NCBI GenBank assembly: GCA_951406725.2
Contig: OX597823.1
Span: 13,206,001 to 13,270,000 of the forward strand
DNA: 64,000 nt
Direction of reading: 5' to 3'
Source: Octopus vulgaris
Lineage: Eukaryota
This document shows positions 1-12,782 of this stretch, piece by piece. The translations under genes were made by a program, and so were the position numbers. Each line of letters starts with the position of its first letter. Position 1 is the first letter of the stretch. The notes beneath the pieces are model-generated. The model searched no databases and was not told the DNA's origin. It saw only the letters and a program-made list of their open reading frames with translations.

Positions 1-828
1 TTCTGACATAAAGGGAAACCATTGGGCCGGAGGATTTCCAAGATATAGCCCAACCCCACCCCACCAGATTATCACAGATCCTCCTCCATGTTTAACAGTT
101 TGAAGAATGCAGTATGGGTCAAATATTTATTTTGGCTGTCTGCACACGTATACTCAGCTGGTGGCCGGAAATAAGGTAAAGGATGACTCGTCAGAGAAAA
201 TAACATACTTCCACTGCTCTAGGGACCAATTCTGTAGGTTTTTACTCCACTCTAAACGCTTTGCAACGTTTGTCTTTGAAAGTAGTGGTTTTATGATTAC
301 AGCCCTCCTGCGATATCTGGCTTTGTGTAGCTCCCGGTGAACAATGTTTGTAGAAACTGGGTTTTCAGGGTGGTTATTTAGCTCTGCAGGAATTTTGGGA
401 GCTTTACATTTGTGATCCTTTCTAGCGTAAGAATTTCGCTGGTCCTTAGCTGGAAGTTTTGGTTTTCTTCCGGAGTTTTGTTTCGACGAGTGGGTTTTTC
501 CCTCTTTCTCAAAGGCTGTCATTACTTTCGATACAGTACTTCTTGATACACTAACCAGTGCGGATGTTTTCATTACGCTAGCGCCTGCCATACGAGCACT
601 AACAATTTGACCTCTTTGTATGTCCGACAGATCTGTCATTTTAATGAATTTAATTTCCTTTTTACTGATGATATCTGAAAAAGAACAGCAATTGTAGCAA
701 AACATATTAAGCAACACTAATAATAAATCAACAAACATAAAAATACACTAGCTTTTGATAGTTTTATAGATATTTCAAAATTATGATGTTATGATGCTAG
801 GAGTTCCCATTATTTTGTTTTACCCCTG
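1..828 (-). mobile_element. Tc1-family DNA transposon, 5' part, decayed (continues beyond window start)
   Basis: ORF 154..738 encodes MTDLSDIQRGQIV...VSRSTVSKV...GRKPKL...KPLL...WKYVIFSDES (Tc1 HTH plus first catalytic D). The terminus reads CAGGGGTAAAACAAAATAATGGGAAC on the minus strand, next to TA at 829-830. Same family as 18978-20170. Confidence 0.92.
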
Positions 829-1011
829 TATACACACACACACATACACAGATAGATAGTAACAGAGGGAGAGAGAAGGATAGAGAGAGAGAGAAAGAGC
901 GTCGTTACACCTTTCGATTGTTTGAAGATGCATTCTGCTTTCCTGACACCGGTCTCTGAGGGATTGTAATGAGTCAATGGCACCGTCTTCCTCCAAACGA
1001 ATGGATAAGGG

Positions 1012-1013
<2 letters not shown>

Positions 1014-1049
<36 letters not shown>

Positions 1050-1054
1050 CATAT

Positions 1055-1113
<59 letters not shown>
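1014..1113. repeat. (TA)n microsatellite, one of many (others at about 3316, 4237, 4457, 6272, 7890, 18465, 20973, 21229, 33117, 36446, 41820, 50801, 51716, 54631)
   Basis: Read directly; these tracts produce the poly-IY ORFs in the track. Confidence 0.97.
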
Positions 1114-1117
<4 letters not shown>

Positions 1118-2342
1118 AACATTTATATATATATATACATAGATATATGCGTGTATGTATGTATACATATATATATGTGTCCGTATGTGTATGTATTTAT
1201 CTGTTTATAAGGAACAGTTGTTTGTGTGTAATTTTTAAAGACTTTTGCAGCTTTTTTTATGGATAAATTTTGTAAATTCACTTTTATCATCACTACAGCC
1301 TGTCTCAAACTCATGCTCAGTGTATGGAGATATGTTGGCTTCTGTACCGCCTCCAAGTCAACAAGTACTATTTTAACCTTCATACTTTTATGGTACCAGA
1401 TATGTGTCATAATGTCCGTGATGTGTGTCTGTTGTTCGTGTGTTAAATCTCGCGAAAATTAGCACACAAACACATTAACAAAGGCCATTCAGCCACGAAC
1501 AAGTATTAACAATATGTGACACTTCAAACTAATCATCTCTAAAAAATTAATGTTTCATTAAAAGCTTGACATATACATTCAACAGGTTAACAGCTAAATA
1601 CTCTTACAATCAAGTCTTTAACAGCCATCTCAGAACTACATTCACACCAAGAAAACTATCCTGCCATGACATCAATATTTTCAGACACAATAGGACATCA
1701 ATATTTGCAATCACAATAGGACAAACATTACAGCAAACTTCATCCACTAATCAACCTTTATTAGATGAACGGATACCTTCTGTTATTGTTGTTGTTGTTG
1801 TTGTTATGGTTATATTTTGCCATATAAACACCCACACTATATATTTGGTCTTCACTTCATTAAGTTTCTGTCAAAGCTCTTTCATCGACTGTTTATCCCA
1901 CGTGTCTCCTCCTGTTCTGCTTATGACATTTTTTCTGTCTTTTTATCTTACAATAAATGTAAAACAACATAACGATATGAGCGATAGGAAAGAGCTGGGT
2001 GTAATGAGAATACCTGTACACATTTTATCTAGAAAGGATGCAATATATTTGAGATAAGCAAACGTCATAAACCCCGCGGCAAAATTTCCATTACTAGAAA
2101 ACAACATTCAGATCATGCCTGATACTGTAAAGAGATGGAAATCTGATAAATGTTAACACATTCTTCTTTGGAAAGCTGTTTGTGTTATTGCATGAAAACG
2201 CAAGCATGCTTACAGAAAGAATGCACAAGTAGCAATTTCGTACGATCCTTCTACAAAATCTCCGTGCAGCAAAGTATATATTCCCGAATTGACGACTACG
2301 AAGTCATGTCATAGTGCACAAGCATGTGATTAGAAATATATG

Positions 2343-2560
2343 TTTCTTTATTACCCACAAGGAGCTAAACATAGAGGGGACAGACAGGGACAGACAGACG
2401 GATTAAGTCGATTACATCGACCCAGTGCGTAACTGGTACTTGATTTATCGACCCCGAAAGGATGAAAAGCAAAGTCGACCTCGGCTGAATTTGAACTCAG
2501 AACGTAACGGCAGACGAAATACGGCTACGCATTTCGCCCGGCGTGCTAACGTTTCTGCCA
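2343..2560 (-). mobile_element. tRNA-derived SINE, group D (monomer)
   Basis: Reverse complement of CTGGCAGAAACGTTAGCACGCCGGGCGAAATG...GTTCAAATT...GACTTTGC..TTCATCCTTTCGGGGTCGATAAA...TAGC.CCTTGTGGGTAATAAAGAAA; matches copies at 39620, 45533 and 52668. Confidence 0.9.
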
Positions 2561-2788
2561 GAATTAATTGTGAAGCAGATAACGAGTACTGTCAACAATA
2601 CTTGTCTTAAAAAGCAATCAACTGATGGCTATTTTCTATAGGAGGTGATTCCAGATGATGATGATCAATATGAATATGTGGGTGGGTCTTTGCTTATACT
2701 TTTATGTTACTGGTTTCACCCAGAGAGTGAGGCCATTCTGGGGCAACACCGTTTTGTGTGATTGTCTTTCTATTTTGTATTATTTCAG

Positions 2789-2933
2789 ATACCGTAGCGA
2801 ATTGAACAGAGCTGCACTTCATTGTACTTCCTGCCGTATTATTTGTTCATCTGATATCGCAAAAAGAAATTCATCTGGAAGTTCTCTGATGAACACCACA
2901 TCTTCTGAGGTTGTATCACAGAAAGTTTGTTAG
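2789..2933 (+). CDS. Candidate terminal coding exon, possibly a class A GPCR C-terminal tail
   Basis: Pyrimidine-rich acceptor tctttctattttgtattatttcag ends at 2788. Phase-2 frame gives xYRSELNRAALHCTSCRIICSSDIAKRNSSGSSLMNTTSSEVVSQKVC*, resembling helix 8 followed by Cys residues and a Ser/Thr-rich tail. No upstream exon found in the window. Confidence 0.4.
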
Positions 2934-2998
2934 ATTTGGGCCCTTGGAATCCAAACAACTACATTAGCATAGACACACACGCAAGCATAAATATATAT

Positions 2999-3312
2999 GG
3001 CTCAGTGGTTAGAGCATCGAGCTTACGATCGCGAGGTTGTGAGTTCGAATCCCGGACCAGGCTGCGTGTTGTGTTCTTGAGCAAGACACATTATTTCACG
3101 TTGCTCCAGTTTTCTCAGCTGTAGAAATGAGTTGCGACGTCAGCTGTATCCGCCTTTGCCTTTCCCTTGGATAACACTGGTGGCGTGCAGAGGGGAGGCC
3201 GGTATGCATGGTCGACTGCTGGCTTTCCATAAACAACCTTGTCCGGACTTGTCTCTGGGAGGGTAACATTCTGGGTGCAATTGCATGGTCAGTCATGACC
3301 GAAGGAGGTCTC
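2999..3312 (+). mobile_element. tRNA-derived SINE, group A
   Basis: A box GGCTCAGTGGTTAGAGC and B box GAGTTCGAATCCC; body shared with copies at 7383, 32805, 34799 and 36556; runs into (TA)n. Confidence 0.92.
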
Positions 3313-3313
3313 A

Positions 3314-3358
<45 letters not shown>

Positions 3359-4203
3359 GTAGTTTTGGTGAAACATTGTGAAGTATAACTTTAAAGAAAA
3401 AGAAAACAGGACAAAGTTGCAGTCTTACCTTGTATTTCCATATTTCGGGTTGAAAACACCTTCTTCAGAAAAACGCAATAGTCGTAAAAGGTCGTTGCTC
3501 GTGAAAGAGAGAGCGAGAGGGGCGGGAAATAAGGAAGGGAAGATAAAGATTTGGTTGTGCTTTCTGTCGTGAGTTTTTCCATCATCAAGTGACCTTAGTA
3601 TTTCTAAACTAGATTTAAATTAATCGAATTAGAGTAGTATTTACATGCGTATGTACATATAGAATATAAGATGAACACACATACTCAAACACACACAAAT
3701 TTATATATACACATATAGGTATATCAAAATGAAAGAGCTCTGTTATATATTTACATGGAGTGAATGAAATATAATTACCTCCCCAAGTTTACACATATAG
3801 CAATATTCCTTGCCTATATATCTCGAAAAGTTGTGTTGATTTAATACATCGTATTTTGTTTAATTCCATTAAGCAATCACGTGTCAATCATTGCCATTGA
3901 ATTCATATTAATATAATTTTTTTCTTCTTCCGTAGAAATTTATAATTTGCCACAATGCACAGTTTCATTTAACAATACTCATCATACTGTTTACATAATT
4001 AAAGTGTAAAAATACAAACGTGTTGAACACATTGCGCACACATACACTACATTTACACAGTTACACAAGGACGAACTCGCACACACATATATATGTGTAC
4101 ATACACATATATACATATATGTATACATATACTTATATATATACAAATATATACATATATAAATACATGTATACATAAATTTACACACACACACACACAT
4201 ACA

Positions 4204-4281
<78 letters not shown>

Positions 4282-4363
4282 CACATATTGATAGAAATGG
4301 TAAGACATCAAAAGAATGAAAGAGACCTCGATATTATGTAAATAGAGAATTTATCTGTTTCCC

Positions 4364-4424
4364 GATAACTGAAGAGATGGTGGCGTGGGTTTCCGCTCCG
4401 ACATCCGAAACTTGGAGTTTTAGC
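4364..4424 (+). ncRNA. Type I hammerhead ribozyme motif, slightly degenerate, between (TA)n tracts
   Basis: gaTAA - CTGAAGA (4369-4375) - GATG...CATC plus an extra C - GAAA (4407-4410) - CTTGGAG - TT - TTAgc. Core order is intact; stem I is short and stem II has a 1-nt register defect. Confidence 0.6.
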
Positions 4425-4453
4425 ATGACTACCGAATAATTGTCACATATATT

Positions 4454-4548
<95 letters not shown>

Positions 4549-5796
4549 TCATACATATATGCATACACACACAGACAATCGCACACACACACAAACACAC
4601 ACAGACACACTCACACACAGACAGAGGAATACACACGTCAGATTTCCTAATAAATCAACAAACAGAAATGTTACACCATTCAGTCACGATTAAAATAAAA
4701 TTTAAACCACATAAAATGTCGTTCAACCGCTAAATAAAATTTATAATCTGTAACTCATATCCTTATCACCAAACACGCATGACTTTTTAAATTCGTTTAA
4801 GACATTAATTCAAAAAGTTAGCACTAACATGCCAACAAGCCAGCAAATCTTTAAAACCACCTCACCTTGACCGCAAAGATATTCACGCTCAATTACCATG
4901 ACTATTGTGATATTAGGTTTTGATAGCACAATATAATACACGTCTCAAAAAACTAGGACGTATTTTGTTTTTAAATTAGATGAAGGACTATTCAATAAAC
5001 TATTATAATATGCATGATTTCATCAGGAAATATCAGCAGAGTAATCATTTAACAACAAATAATATCCAGTGTGACATACAAAATATTCAAATAAAGTGAA
5101 GCAAAAAAAAAAACCCAAAATAGAATCAAGCCATTCGACGTCAACGTATTTAAATAAATGCCACCCAAATGTTCTGAGAGTTCTCGCATTAAGATTGCGA
5201 GTACGTGAAACTCTGGTAGGTAGATAAATATCCAATTTCAATTTACCACACATTCTACATGTTTTGAGTAATCATTCGTTGAAGGAAATTAAAGCATTCG
5301 TATAAACAGTGTATGTGTGTGCGCGTGTATAATGAAGATACGTCTTTCTGATTAAACTTCGAGAATGAGCCGTTTGCCTTGCTTTGTTTAAAGGAGGAAC
5401 TAAATGACACAGAACCACTTTTAATTTGTACCACAATCCCTATATCTATCTGTATCATCAATCTTTTGTACATTTCATCTCGTGTGTCTATACTTATATG
5501 AATTTATGAAGTGGTTGACACTAGTTTGTCAACAGATAATAAAGCGGCTTCTACCCAGTTATGCTTATAATAACAGCACCGTGGCTACATAAATATTAAG
5601 GAGAGAGTAAACTATGTAGAATTGATTTACTTTACAGATAATATGCTATATGCATATCGAAACACCAAGTCTCCGGCAAGATTACGAAGTTAGAGATAAC
5701 AAATTATACGATAATTATGTAAATATCAACAGTTTAACAATGACCGTTTGATGGAATAAATTCAACAAAAGTTCTCTATGAATATTTCAGTATTTG

Positions 5797-5858
<62 letters not shown>

Positions 5859-6267
5859 AGATATATATATGCATATATATAATATTTTTCACTGCGTATA
5901 CATATCTAATAAATGTAATATTTTATATTTAATTATGAATCCCAAGTAAAAAAAATATGAAGATCTACCATACATAGCGTATAAAATGATTGATACTATT
6001 TCATATTCGTATAGCACTTTAAGCAATGTAACTTTATTATGTAAAAGTATGCTTAACTGAAAATACAATGTACGTTGTATAAAAAGAAACGTATCGATTT
6101 TTATCATATAAAATTACGTGAACACGGATATATGTGTGAGGAGGACATGGAAGGACATGCATATATGTGTCTGCGTTTCGATGACTACGAATAGGCTTTG
6201 GAATGTACAGATACGTGTAAGCATGAGAGTATGCGGTTTAATACGTATGTATGTATGCATATGTATG

Positions 6268-6345
<78 letters not shown>

Positions 6346-6475
6346 CATACATATATACATACATATATACATACATATATATATACGTATATATATATTT
6401 ATATATTTATTTATTTATATACATACATACATATATATATATATGTGTATATTTATTTATATTTATATATTAGAG

Positions 6476-6514
<39 letters not shown>

Positions 6515-6642
6515 TACAAATTTTAGCACGTACAAACATGCAGAAGCGCGCGTCCGTATGAGTTCATACCTTCTTTCTTTCTCTCTCTCTATTTCTCTAT
6601 CTCTCACATACACACGCACACAAACACACATATATATGCACC

Positions 6643-6681
<39 letters not shown>

Positions 6682-6756
6682 TATATATAATATTTAATTT
6701 TCCTACCTTCCATTATACAATTAAGTTTATATATATATTCTTTTTATCGTTTTTAT

Positions 6757-6890
6757 TCTTTTACTTGTTTCAGTCATTTGACTGCGGCCATGCTGGGACA
6801 CCATTTGTATCCGAACAAACCGACTGCAGGAGTTATTCTTTGTAAGCTTAGTTACTTATTCTACAGGTCTCATTTGCCAAACCGCTAATT
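6757..6890 (-). mobile_element. SINE group C, 3' fragment
   Basis: TTTTACTTGTTTCAGTCATTTGACTGCGGCCATGCTGG is the reverse complement of the tail of the 35052 copy. Confidence 0.8.
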
Positions 6891-6901
6891 TGCATATATA
6901 T

Positions 6902-7030
6902 ATGGCTTCCGACATTGCAAAACAGCTAGAAGTTAGCCTAAGAACGTGCGTCACATATTTGTATAAGCTTAGGTATTTTGGACGAGCTGCTAGAAGAAAA
7001 CCTCTCCTTCAACCAATTAATATCAAATAA
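6902..7030 (+). mobile_element. Short Tc1-like transposase fragment (different family)
   Basis: Manual translation MASDIAKQLEVSLRTCVTYLYKLRYFGRAARRKPLLQPINIK*, matching the Tc1 second HTH and the following RKPLL motif. Confidence 0.6.
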
Positions 7031-7328
7031 AAGATTTTGAAAATTAAAGGTGTCTATTTACTTCCTGCATGTCTATTTAGATGGAATAGAAAATACCCTT
7101 TATGTATTTTATGTATTTAATATAGTTTCTATATTGAAATGTCTAACTCCGCTTATCATTATATTTACTTCTCTAACAGCTCAATTTGAGACCTCTTGAG
7201 CACTACTATGTCTGTTCTATACGGAGAATATCTGATTCTCATCTATGAGCTATATGTATGTGTATGTGTGTGTGTGTGTGTGCGCGTGTGGGTATGTATG
7301 ATTGTGTGTGTATGTATGTGTCAGTATG

Positions 7329-7377
<49 letters not shown>

Positions 7378-7382
7378 TTACT

Positions 7383-7738
7383 GAAGGCGCATTGTCCAGA
7401 GTAGAGCGTCAAGATTACGAACGTGAGATTGTGAGGTCGAATCCCTGACCGCGCAGCGTGTTGTGTTCTTGAGCAAGACACTTTATTTCACGTTGCTCCA
7501 GTTCACTCAGCTGTTCACTCAACAGTTCACTCAGCTGTAGAAATGAGTTGCGACGTCGCTGGTGCCAAGCTGTATAGGCCTTTGCCTTTCCCTTGGATAA
7601 CACTGGTGGAGTAGAGAGGGGAGGCCGGTATGCATGGGCAATTGCTGGTCTTCCATAAACAACATTGCCCGTACTTGTGCTTGGGAGGGTAACTTTCTAG
7701 GTGCAATCCCATGGTCAGTCATGACCGAAGAGAGTCTT
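7383..7738 (+). mobile_element. tRNA-derived SINE, group A (diverged head, short internal duplications)
   Basis: Body matches the 2999 and 36556 copies; GTTCACTCA occurs three times at about 7501-7533. Confidence 0.9.
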
Positions 7739-7740
7739 AG

Positions 7741-7888
7741 CATACTTTATTAAAATGCAGCAAAAATATCACAAAAGTGTTACTCAGACGAACGGGAGTG
7801 TGGAACTCTGAGTAACAGGTTTTGTGATATTTTCACTACATTTTAATGTATTCGAGTACTATTATTTCGCATTTAAGTGCTTACTCTG

Positions 7889-7889
<1 letters not shown>
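7741..7889 (+). mobile_element. Decayed Penelope-like terminus with degenerate hammerhead (family of 36907-37150)
   Basis: CAGACGAACGGGAGTGTGGAACTCTGAGTAACAGGTTTTGTGA aligns with CCGACGAACGGGAACGTGAAACTCAGAGTAACAGGTTTTGTTGA at 37083. Preceded by a partial inverted arm and ends in (TA)n. Confidence 0.65.
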
Positions 7890-7986
<97 letters not shown>

Positions 7987-8273
7987 GTTCATTCATACAT
8001 CAACATTACTATATGCCTGCGTACATACATATATACGTGTCTTTCTACACTTCACATGTGTATATGCAATAATATTATATGTTGTCACCTCGGCAAACAC
8101 TAAAGACCTCGATTCGTATCAATGTTTCGAAAACAGTTGTTCTCTTCACAACCATTAATTCAAACAAATGTTTGATTCTACTCCGGTATATCTACCACCA
8201 TCGGATTTGCTTTCACCTTTCTCTCTTGCTTATGTTTTTACATTTTTCTCTATAACTTCATCCCTCAATCTCA

Positions 8274-8274
<1 letters not shown>

Positions 8275-8362
<88 letters not shown>
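8275..8362. repeat. (TC)n microsatellite
   Basis: Read directly. Confidence 0.97.
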
Positions 8363-8365
<3 letters not shown>

Positions 8366-8678
8366 CCCAAAGTTTTGATTTATAATGTTTCTCTCTCAGA
8401 ATCTAACACAGAAACAATAGAGATCAAATCGTGTATATATACGCATATAACTACGCGCATGTATGCATGTATGTATGTATATAAGTTTTCTTTGTGTGTG
8501 TGTGTGTGTGTGTGTGCGTGTGTATACGTGCGTGTCTATATGTACATACACGAGTGTACATGCATATTTATCGATATGATACATGGAATAATAAATACAG
8601 ATACGAAAATATGTGAATATATATATATATATAGATATCTGTGGTGTGTGTATGTGTGCATGTATATATATATATATT

Positions 8679-8712
<34 letters not shown>

Positions 8713-8785
8713 ACACATGCACACCTCCATAATAGTATATACACACACAACCACCTATACGCACACATATATACATTTATGCATG

Positions 8786-8820
<35 letters not shown>

Positions 8821-8833
8821 ATGCGCATATATA

Positions 8834-8880
<47 letters not shown>

Positions 8881-9344
8881 TCACCATCGTATATGTAAAC
8901 ATGTGTACATAGATATGTAAAAGCGATATATCACTAGAATAATTTATCTATATACATATTCGTAGATACACGCACTCTTACAAAAAGTGATATAGCTCTC
9001 TCTCTCTTTTTCTCTCTCTCTCTCTCTCTCTTTCTTTCTCTCACTTTCTCGCTTTCTCTGTCAATGCACACACGCACGCTCACACATATGCATACATGTA
9101 AACACTTATGCTTGGGTGCGTGCATGTATACGTGTATTATAAAGGAAATTTTGAATATTATCTGTCAATTTGCTTTGTGAATTTTCTATGCAAAAGTTCC
9201 CTTAATCTAGTTTGCATTCATCTACTTAACTTAGTTAATCAAACTTCAAAATACGGTATTATCGAATGAAGATTGATCGATTCTCAGCAAAATGCCGCCG
9301 TCACAATAAATACAAATGTAAGAGAGAGAAGTGTATTGCAAATA

Positions 9345-9642
9345 GGAAGAAGAAGAAGATGATGATGATGAAGAAGAAGAAGGAGAAGAAGAAGGAGAAG
9401 AAGAAGATGATGAAGAAGGAGAAGAAGAGGAGGAAGAAGTTGAAGAAGAAGGAGAAAAAGATGATGAAGAAGGAGAAGAAGAGGAGGAAGAAGAAGAAGA
9501 AGACGAAGAAGAAGAAGAAGATGATGAAGAAGAAGAAGAAGAAGAAGAAGAAGAAGAAGAAGAAGAAGAAAGAGAAGAAGAAGGAGAAGAGAAAGAAGAA
9601 GAAGAAGAAGAAGACGAAGAAGAAGGAGATGAAGATGATGAA

Positions 9643-9674
<32 letters not shown>

Positions 9675-10340
9675 AGAAGATGATGATGATGAAGAAGAAG
9701 AAGGAGAAGAAGAAGAAGATGATGAAGAAGAAGAAGAAGAAGAAGAAGGAGAAGAAGAAGAAGAAGAAGGAGAGAAGAAGAAGAAGAAGAAGAAGGAGAA
9801 GAAGAAGAAGAAGAAGACGAAGAAGAAGAAGGAGAAGAAGAAGATGATGATGATGATGAAGAAGAAGAAGAAGAGGAAGAAGAAGAAGATGATGATGATG
9901 AAGAAGAAGAAGAAGAAGGAGAAGAAGAAGAAGATGATGAAGAAGAAGAAGAAGAAGAAGAAGGAGAAGAAGAGGAAGAAGAAGAAGGAGAAGGAGAAGA
10001 AGAAGAAGAAGAAGAAGAAGAAGAAGAAGGAGAAGAAGAAGAAGAAGACGAAGAAGAAGAAGGAGAAGAAGAAGATGATGATGAAGGAGAAGGAGAAGAA
10101 GAAGATGATGATGAAGAAGAAAAAAGAAGAAGAAGAAGAAGGAGAAGAAGAAGTGGAAGAGGAAGAAGAAGGAGAAGAAGAAGAAGAAGAAGAAGAAGAA
10201 GAAGGAGAAGGAGAAGAAGAAGAAGAAGAAGATGATGAAGGAGAAGGAGAAGGAGAAGAAGAAGGAGAAGAAGAAGGAGAAGAAGAAGAAGAAGAAGAAG
10301 AAGATGATGAAGGAGAAGGAGAAGAAGAAGGAGAAGAAGA
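9345..10340. repeat. About 1 kb (AAG)n tract interrupted by GAG/GAT
   Basis: Read directly; produces the poly-K/E/F/L ORFs. Confidence 0.97.
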
Positions 10341-10709
10341 ACATTTGTCCGAGTTATAACAAGATTATATTATATTCGGTTTTTCCCCCTCCTTACTCTT
10401 GCCTTTCGTGTTCGTTTTTATTAATTTCGGTTCTTTTTATGTACGTGTGAAACGGTGTTAAACGGAATCAAATGGAACGAGACTTCAAGTGAGATGCTTT
10501 TCACATTGAACTTATTCCGTTCTAGATTTAAAATTATAATACAACGATTTCTGTTCTTGGTTTCTTCTCTTCACTGGCGAAATGTAAGATTATTTTCCCT
10601 TTCATTCGTTAATTTTGAAAGTGGTGTCTGAGGTTTTGAAAGCAATGAATACATCTTTTTCTTACTTGCTATTAGTATTTTTTTTCTATCAACTTAATTT
10701 CTGATTTAT

Positions 10710-11080
10710 CCATGTCACGCCTCAGCTCCACTCCGCAGCTTTTGTCAACCCACGACCTACTTCAAATGTGGCTGCCAAACTGAATACTTATGAAGTTTGA
10801 TATTTGCTGCTTTTGATGACAGAATATAGCTCTCTTTGAAATGGTCCAAAGTGCACTGATCACAATGGGTATCACACTCACCTTCGAAGCTCTAGGGGTC
10901 CTTTTCATTTCCAGTCCTAGGTCTCCGTACTTCCTGGCATTCTCGCCCGGTGTCTTCAGGTATATTTTGGTCTGAAGGTATAACGACGTCGACGCAGATT
11001 CATTCTTTAGATTCCTTCAGTAGGAGAGAGATAACCGGTTGGTTATGTAGCAACTGTTCGTCTGCGTGTATATTCTTTGC
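10710..11080 (-). mobile_element. Old RLE-type non-LTR retrotransposon 3' fragment
   Basis: Manual minus-strand translation NIHADEQLLHNQPVISLLLKESKE*ICVDVVIPSDQNI.../KYGDLGLEMKR...KVSVIPIVISAL, a decayed PD-(D/E) restriction-like endonuclease region. Confidence 0.7.
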
Positions 11081-11085
11081 TACTG

Positions 11086-11160
11086 TGGAGGCACATGGCC
11101 TAGTGGTTAGAGTAGCAGACTCGCGGTCGAGAGATCGCGGGTTCGAATCTCAGACCGGGA
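11086..11160 (+). mobile_element. SINE group B tRNA-like head only
   Basis: GTGGAGGCACATGGCCTAGTGGTTAGAGTAGCAGACTCGCGGTCGAGAGATCGCGGGTTCGAATCTC contains A and B boxes. Confidence 0.75.
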
Positions 11161-11194
11161 GAGATTTCCCTCATTATTATTGTTGTTGTTGTGA

Positions 11195-11673
11195 TATTAT
11201 CTTCTTTCAAATTTGTTTCCATTTTTTTGCCGAGTTTCTTCCCAACACCTAGTACAAAGACACTCACTGTACATTTGTAGGCCATCAAAATAAACACACC
11301 AGAGTGTTCATTTACAAAGTCATGCAATAGCAAAAGCTGGGTAAGAAAGAACACGGGGGAAAAAGAAAAAAAAAGGGATAAAAGAATGAAATTAAGAAAA
11401 ACTGAAAACGAAGAAAATAAGCGGGAAAAGGAATAAAAATTGACAGTGACAATTCTCTCCTCAAAACGTCCGACGTACCACTTAATACAATATTTTGCAC
11501 TTCCTGCATGGATGGTAAGCCAGGGATCATCCTCAAATAAATGTCAGTTCCATTTTTGATCATTCCATGTGCTCCTGCGATCACTGGCATTCTAACCGTC
11601 ATGAGATGCCACATTTTTTCGATTTCAATCAGCAGCTCGTTATATTTTCTGAGCTTATCAAATTCTATTGCCG

Positions 11674-11675
<2 letters not shown>
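11195..11675 (-). mobile_element. RLE non-LTR retrotransposon 3' end (R4/Dong-like), subfamily 1, at a (TAA)n tract
   Basis: ORF 11312..11971 contains AIEFDKLRKYNELLIEIEKMWHLMTVRMPVIAGAHGMIKNG...QEVQNIVLSGTSDVLRRELS; the 5' junction abuts (TAA)n. Confidence 0.8.
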
Positions 11676-11736
<61 letters not shown>

Positions 11737-11739
11737 TTA

Positions 11740-11801
<62 letters not shown>

Positions 11802-11820
11802 GTTATTATTATTATCATTA

Positions 11821-11885
<65 letters not shown>

Positions 11886-11920
11886 GTTATTATTATTATC
11901 ATTATTATTATTATTATTAT
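11676..11920. repeat. (ATT)n microsatellite (further tracts at 12243-12365 and 12709-12793)
   Basis: Read directly. Confidence 0.97.
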
Positions 11921-12243
11921 TCTATGTTTGACTTTTGCTTTATGTCTGTACAAGTTGGCTCCAAGTCTCACCCAGAGACCTCAAGAGACAACAGGTTGGA
12001 AGTTCTGTGCCATATATTTGGGGTTTTTTTTTTTTTTGGTGTTGTACTAGTGAATGTCTAATACATAAAAAAAAATTTAAATAAATAAATAAATAAATAA
12101 AAAAGTTTGTTTTAAACCTTGGGATTACATAGAGAGTATATTGCGTAGGATATGAGCAGTTCCCATGGGCACTATCTTTTGAATTTCTGCCATTTTGGGG
12201 TTTCCTGGTATCTGAGTTAGGTAGCAATCAGTCCCTTTCGCTA
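11921..12243 (-). mobile_element. RLE non-LTR retrotransposon 3' end plus UTR, subfamily 2, inside (TAA)n
   Basis: Manual translation IAKGTDCYLTQIPGNPKMAEIQKIVPMGTAHILRNILSM*; (ATT)n on both sides. Confidence 0.8.
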
Positions 12244-12365
<122 letters not shown>

Positions 12366-12366
12366 T

Positions 12367-12705
12367 TCAGTAGTTTTATTTTTATAGCGTGCTTTCACTT
12401 CACTACCGAGCGCAGCTCTGTGTGCCTTGGGTATGTGCTGTGATTTGTTGTGATGCTCTGATGGTTATTTGTATGGAAAGTGTTCTGCGTAGGATGTGTG
12501 CAGTGCCTAGTAGTGCAATTTTCTGTATGTTATATGTGTTTGTAAGTCCTGGTGTTTTTTTTATGTATTTGTCTGAATATTTTTTTATCATGCCTAATGC
12601 ACCTACTATGATAGGAATTGTTTCTGTTTTTAGATTCCACATTCTGGTTACCTCTATTTCCAGGTCTTTGTATTTTGAAAGTTTCTCCATTTCTTTTAGT
12701 GACAC

Positions 12706-12708
<3 letters not shown>
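12367..12708 (-). mobile_element. RLE non-LTR retrotransposon 3' end, subfamily 3, inside (TAA)n
   Basis: KEMEKLSKYKDLEIEVTRMWNLKTETIPIIVGALGMIKK...QKIALLGTAHILRRTLS; nearly identical to 62949-63300; (ATT)n on both sides. Confidence 0.9.

Positions 12709-12782
<74 letters not shown>

Noticed and set aside
810-1266. Poly-IY/HT/CV ORFs here and throughout the track
   Set aside because: They are translations of TA, CA and TATG microsatellites, which lack stop codons.
2999-3062. tRNA gene calls for SINE heads (also 31097, 35070, 36556)
   Set aside because: They lack a clean acceptor stem and run directly into multicopy SINE bodies.
3429-3500. Minus-strand exon with AAG|GTAAGA donor (…FSEEGVFNPKYGNT), reminiscent of DEG/ENaC
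   Set aside because: There is no canonical acceptor, and the conserved GNCYTF motif is absent.
9266-10450. Long Lys/Glu/Phe/Leu-rich ORFs
   Set aside because: They come from the (AAG)n tract and are open in several frames on both strands.
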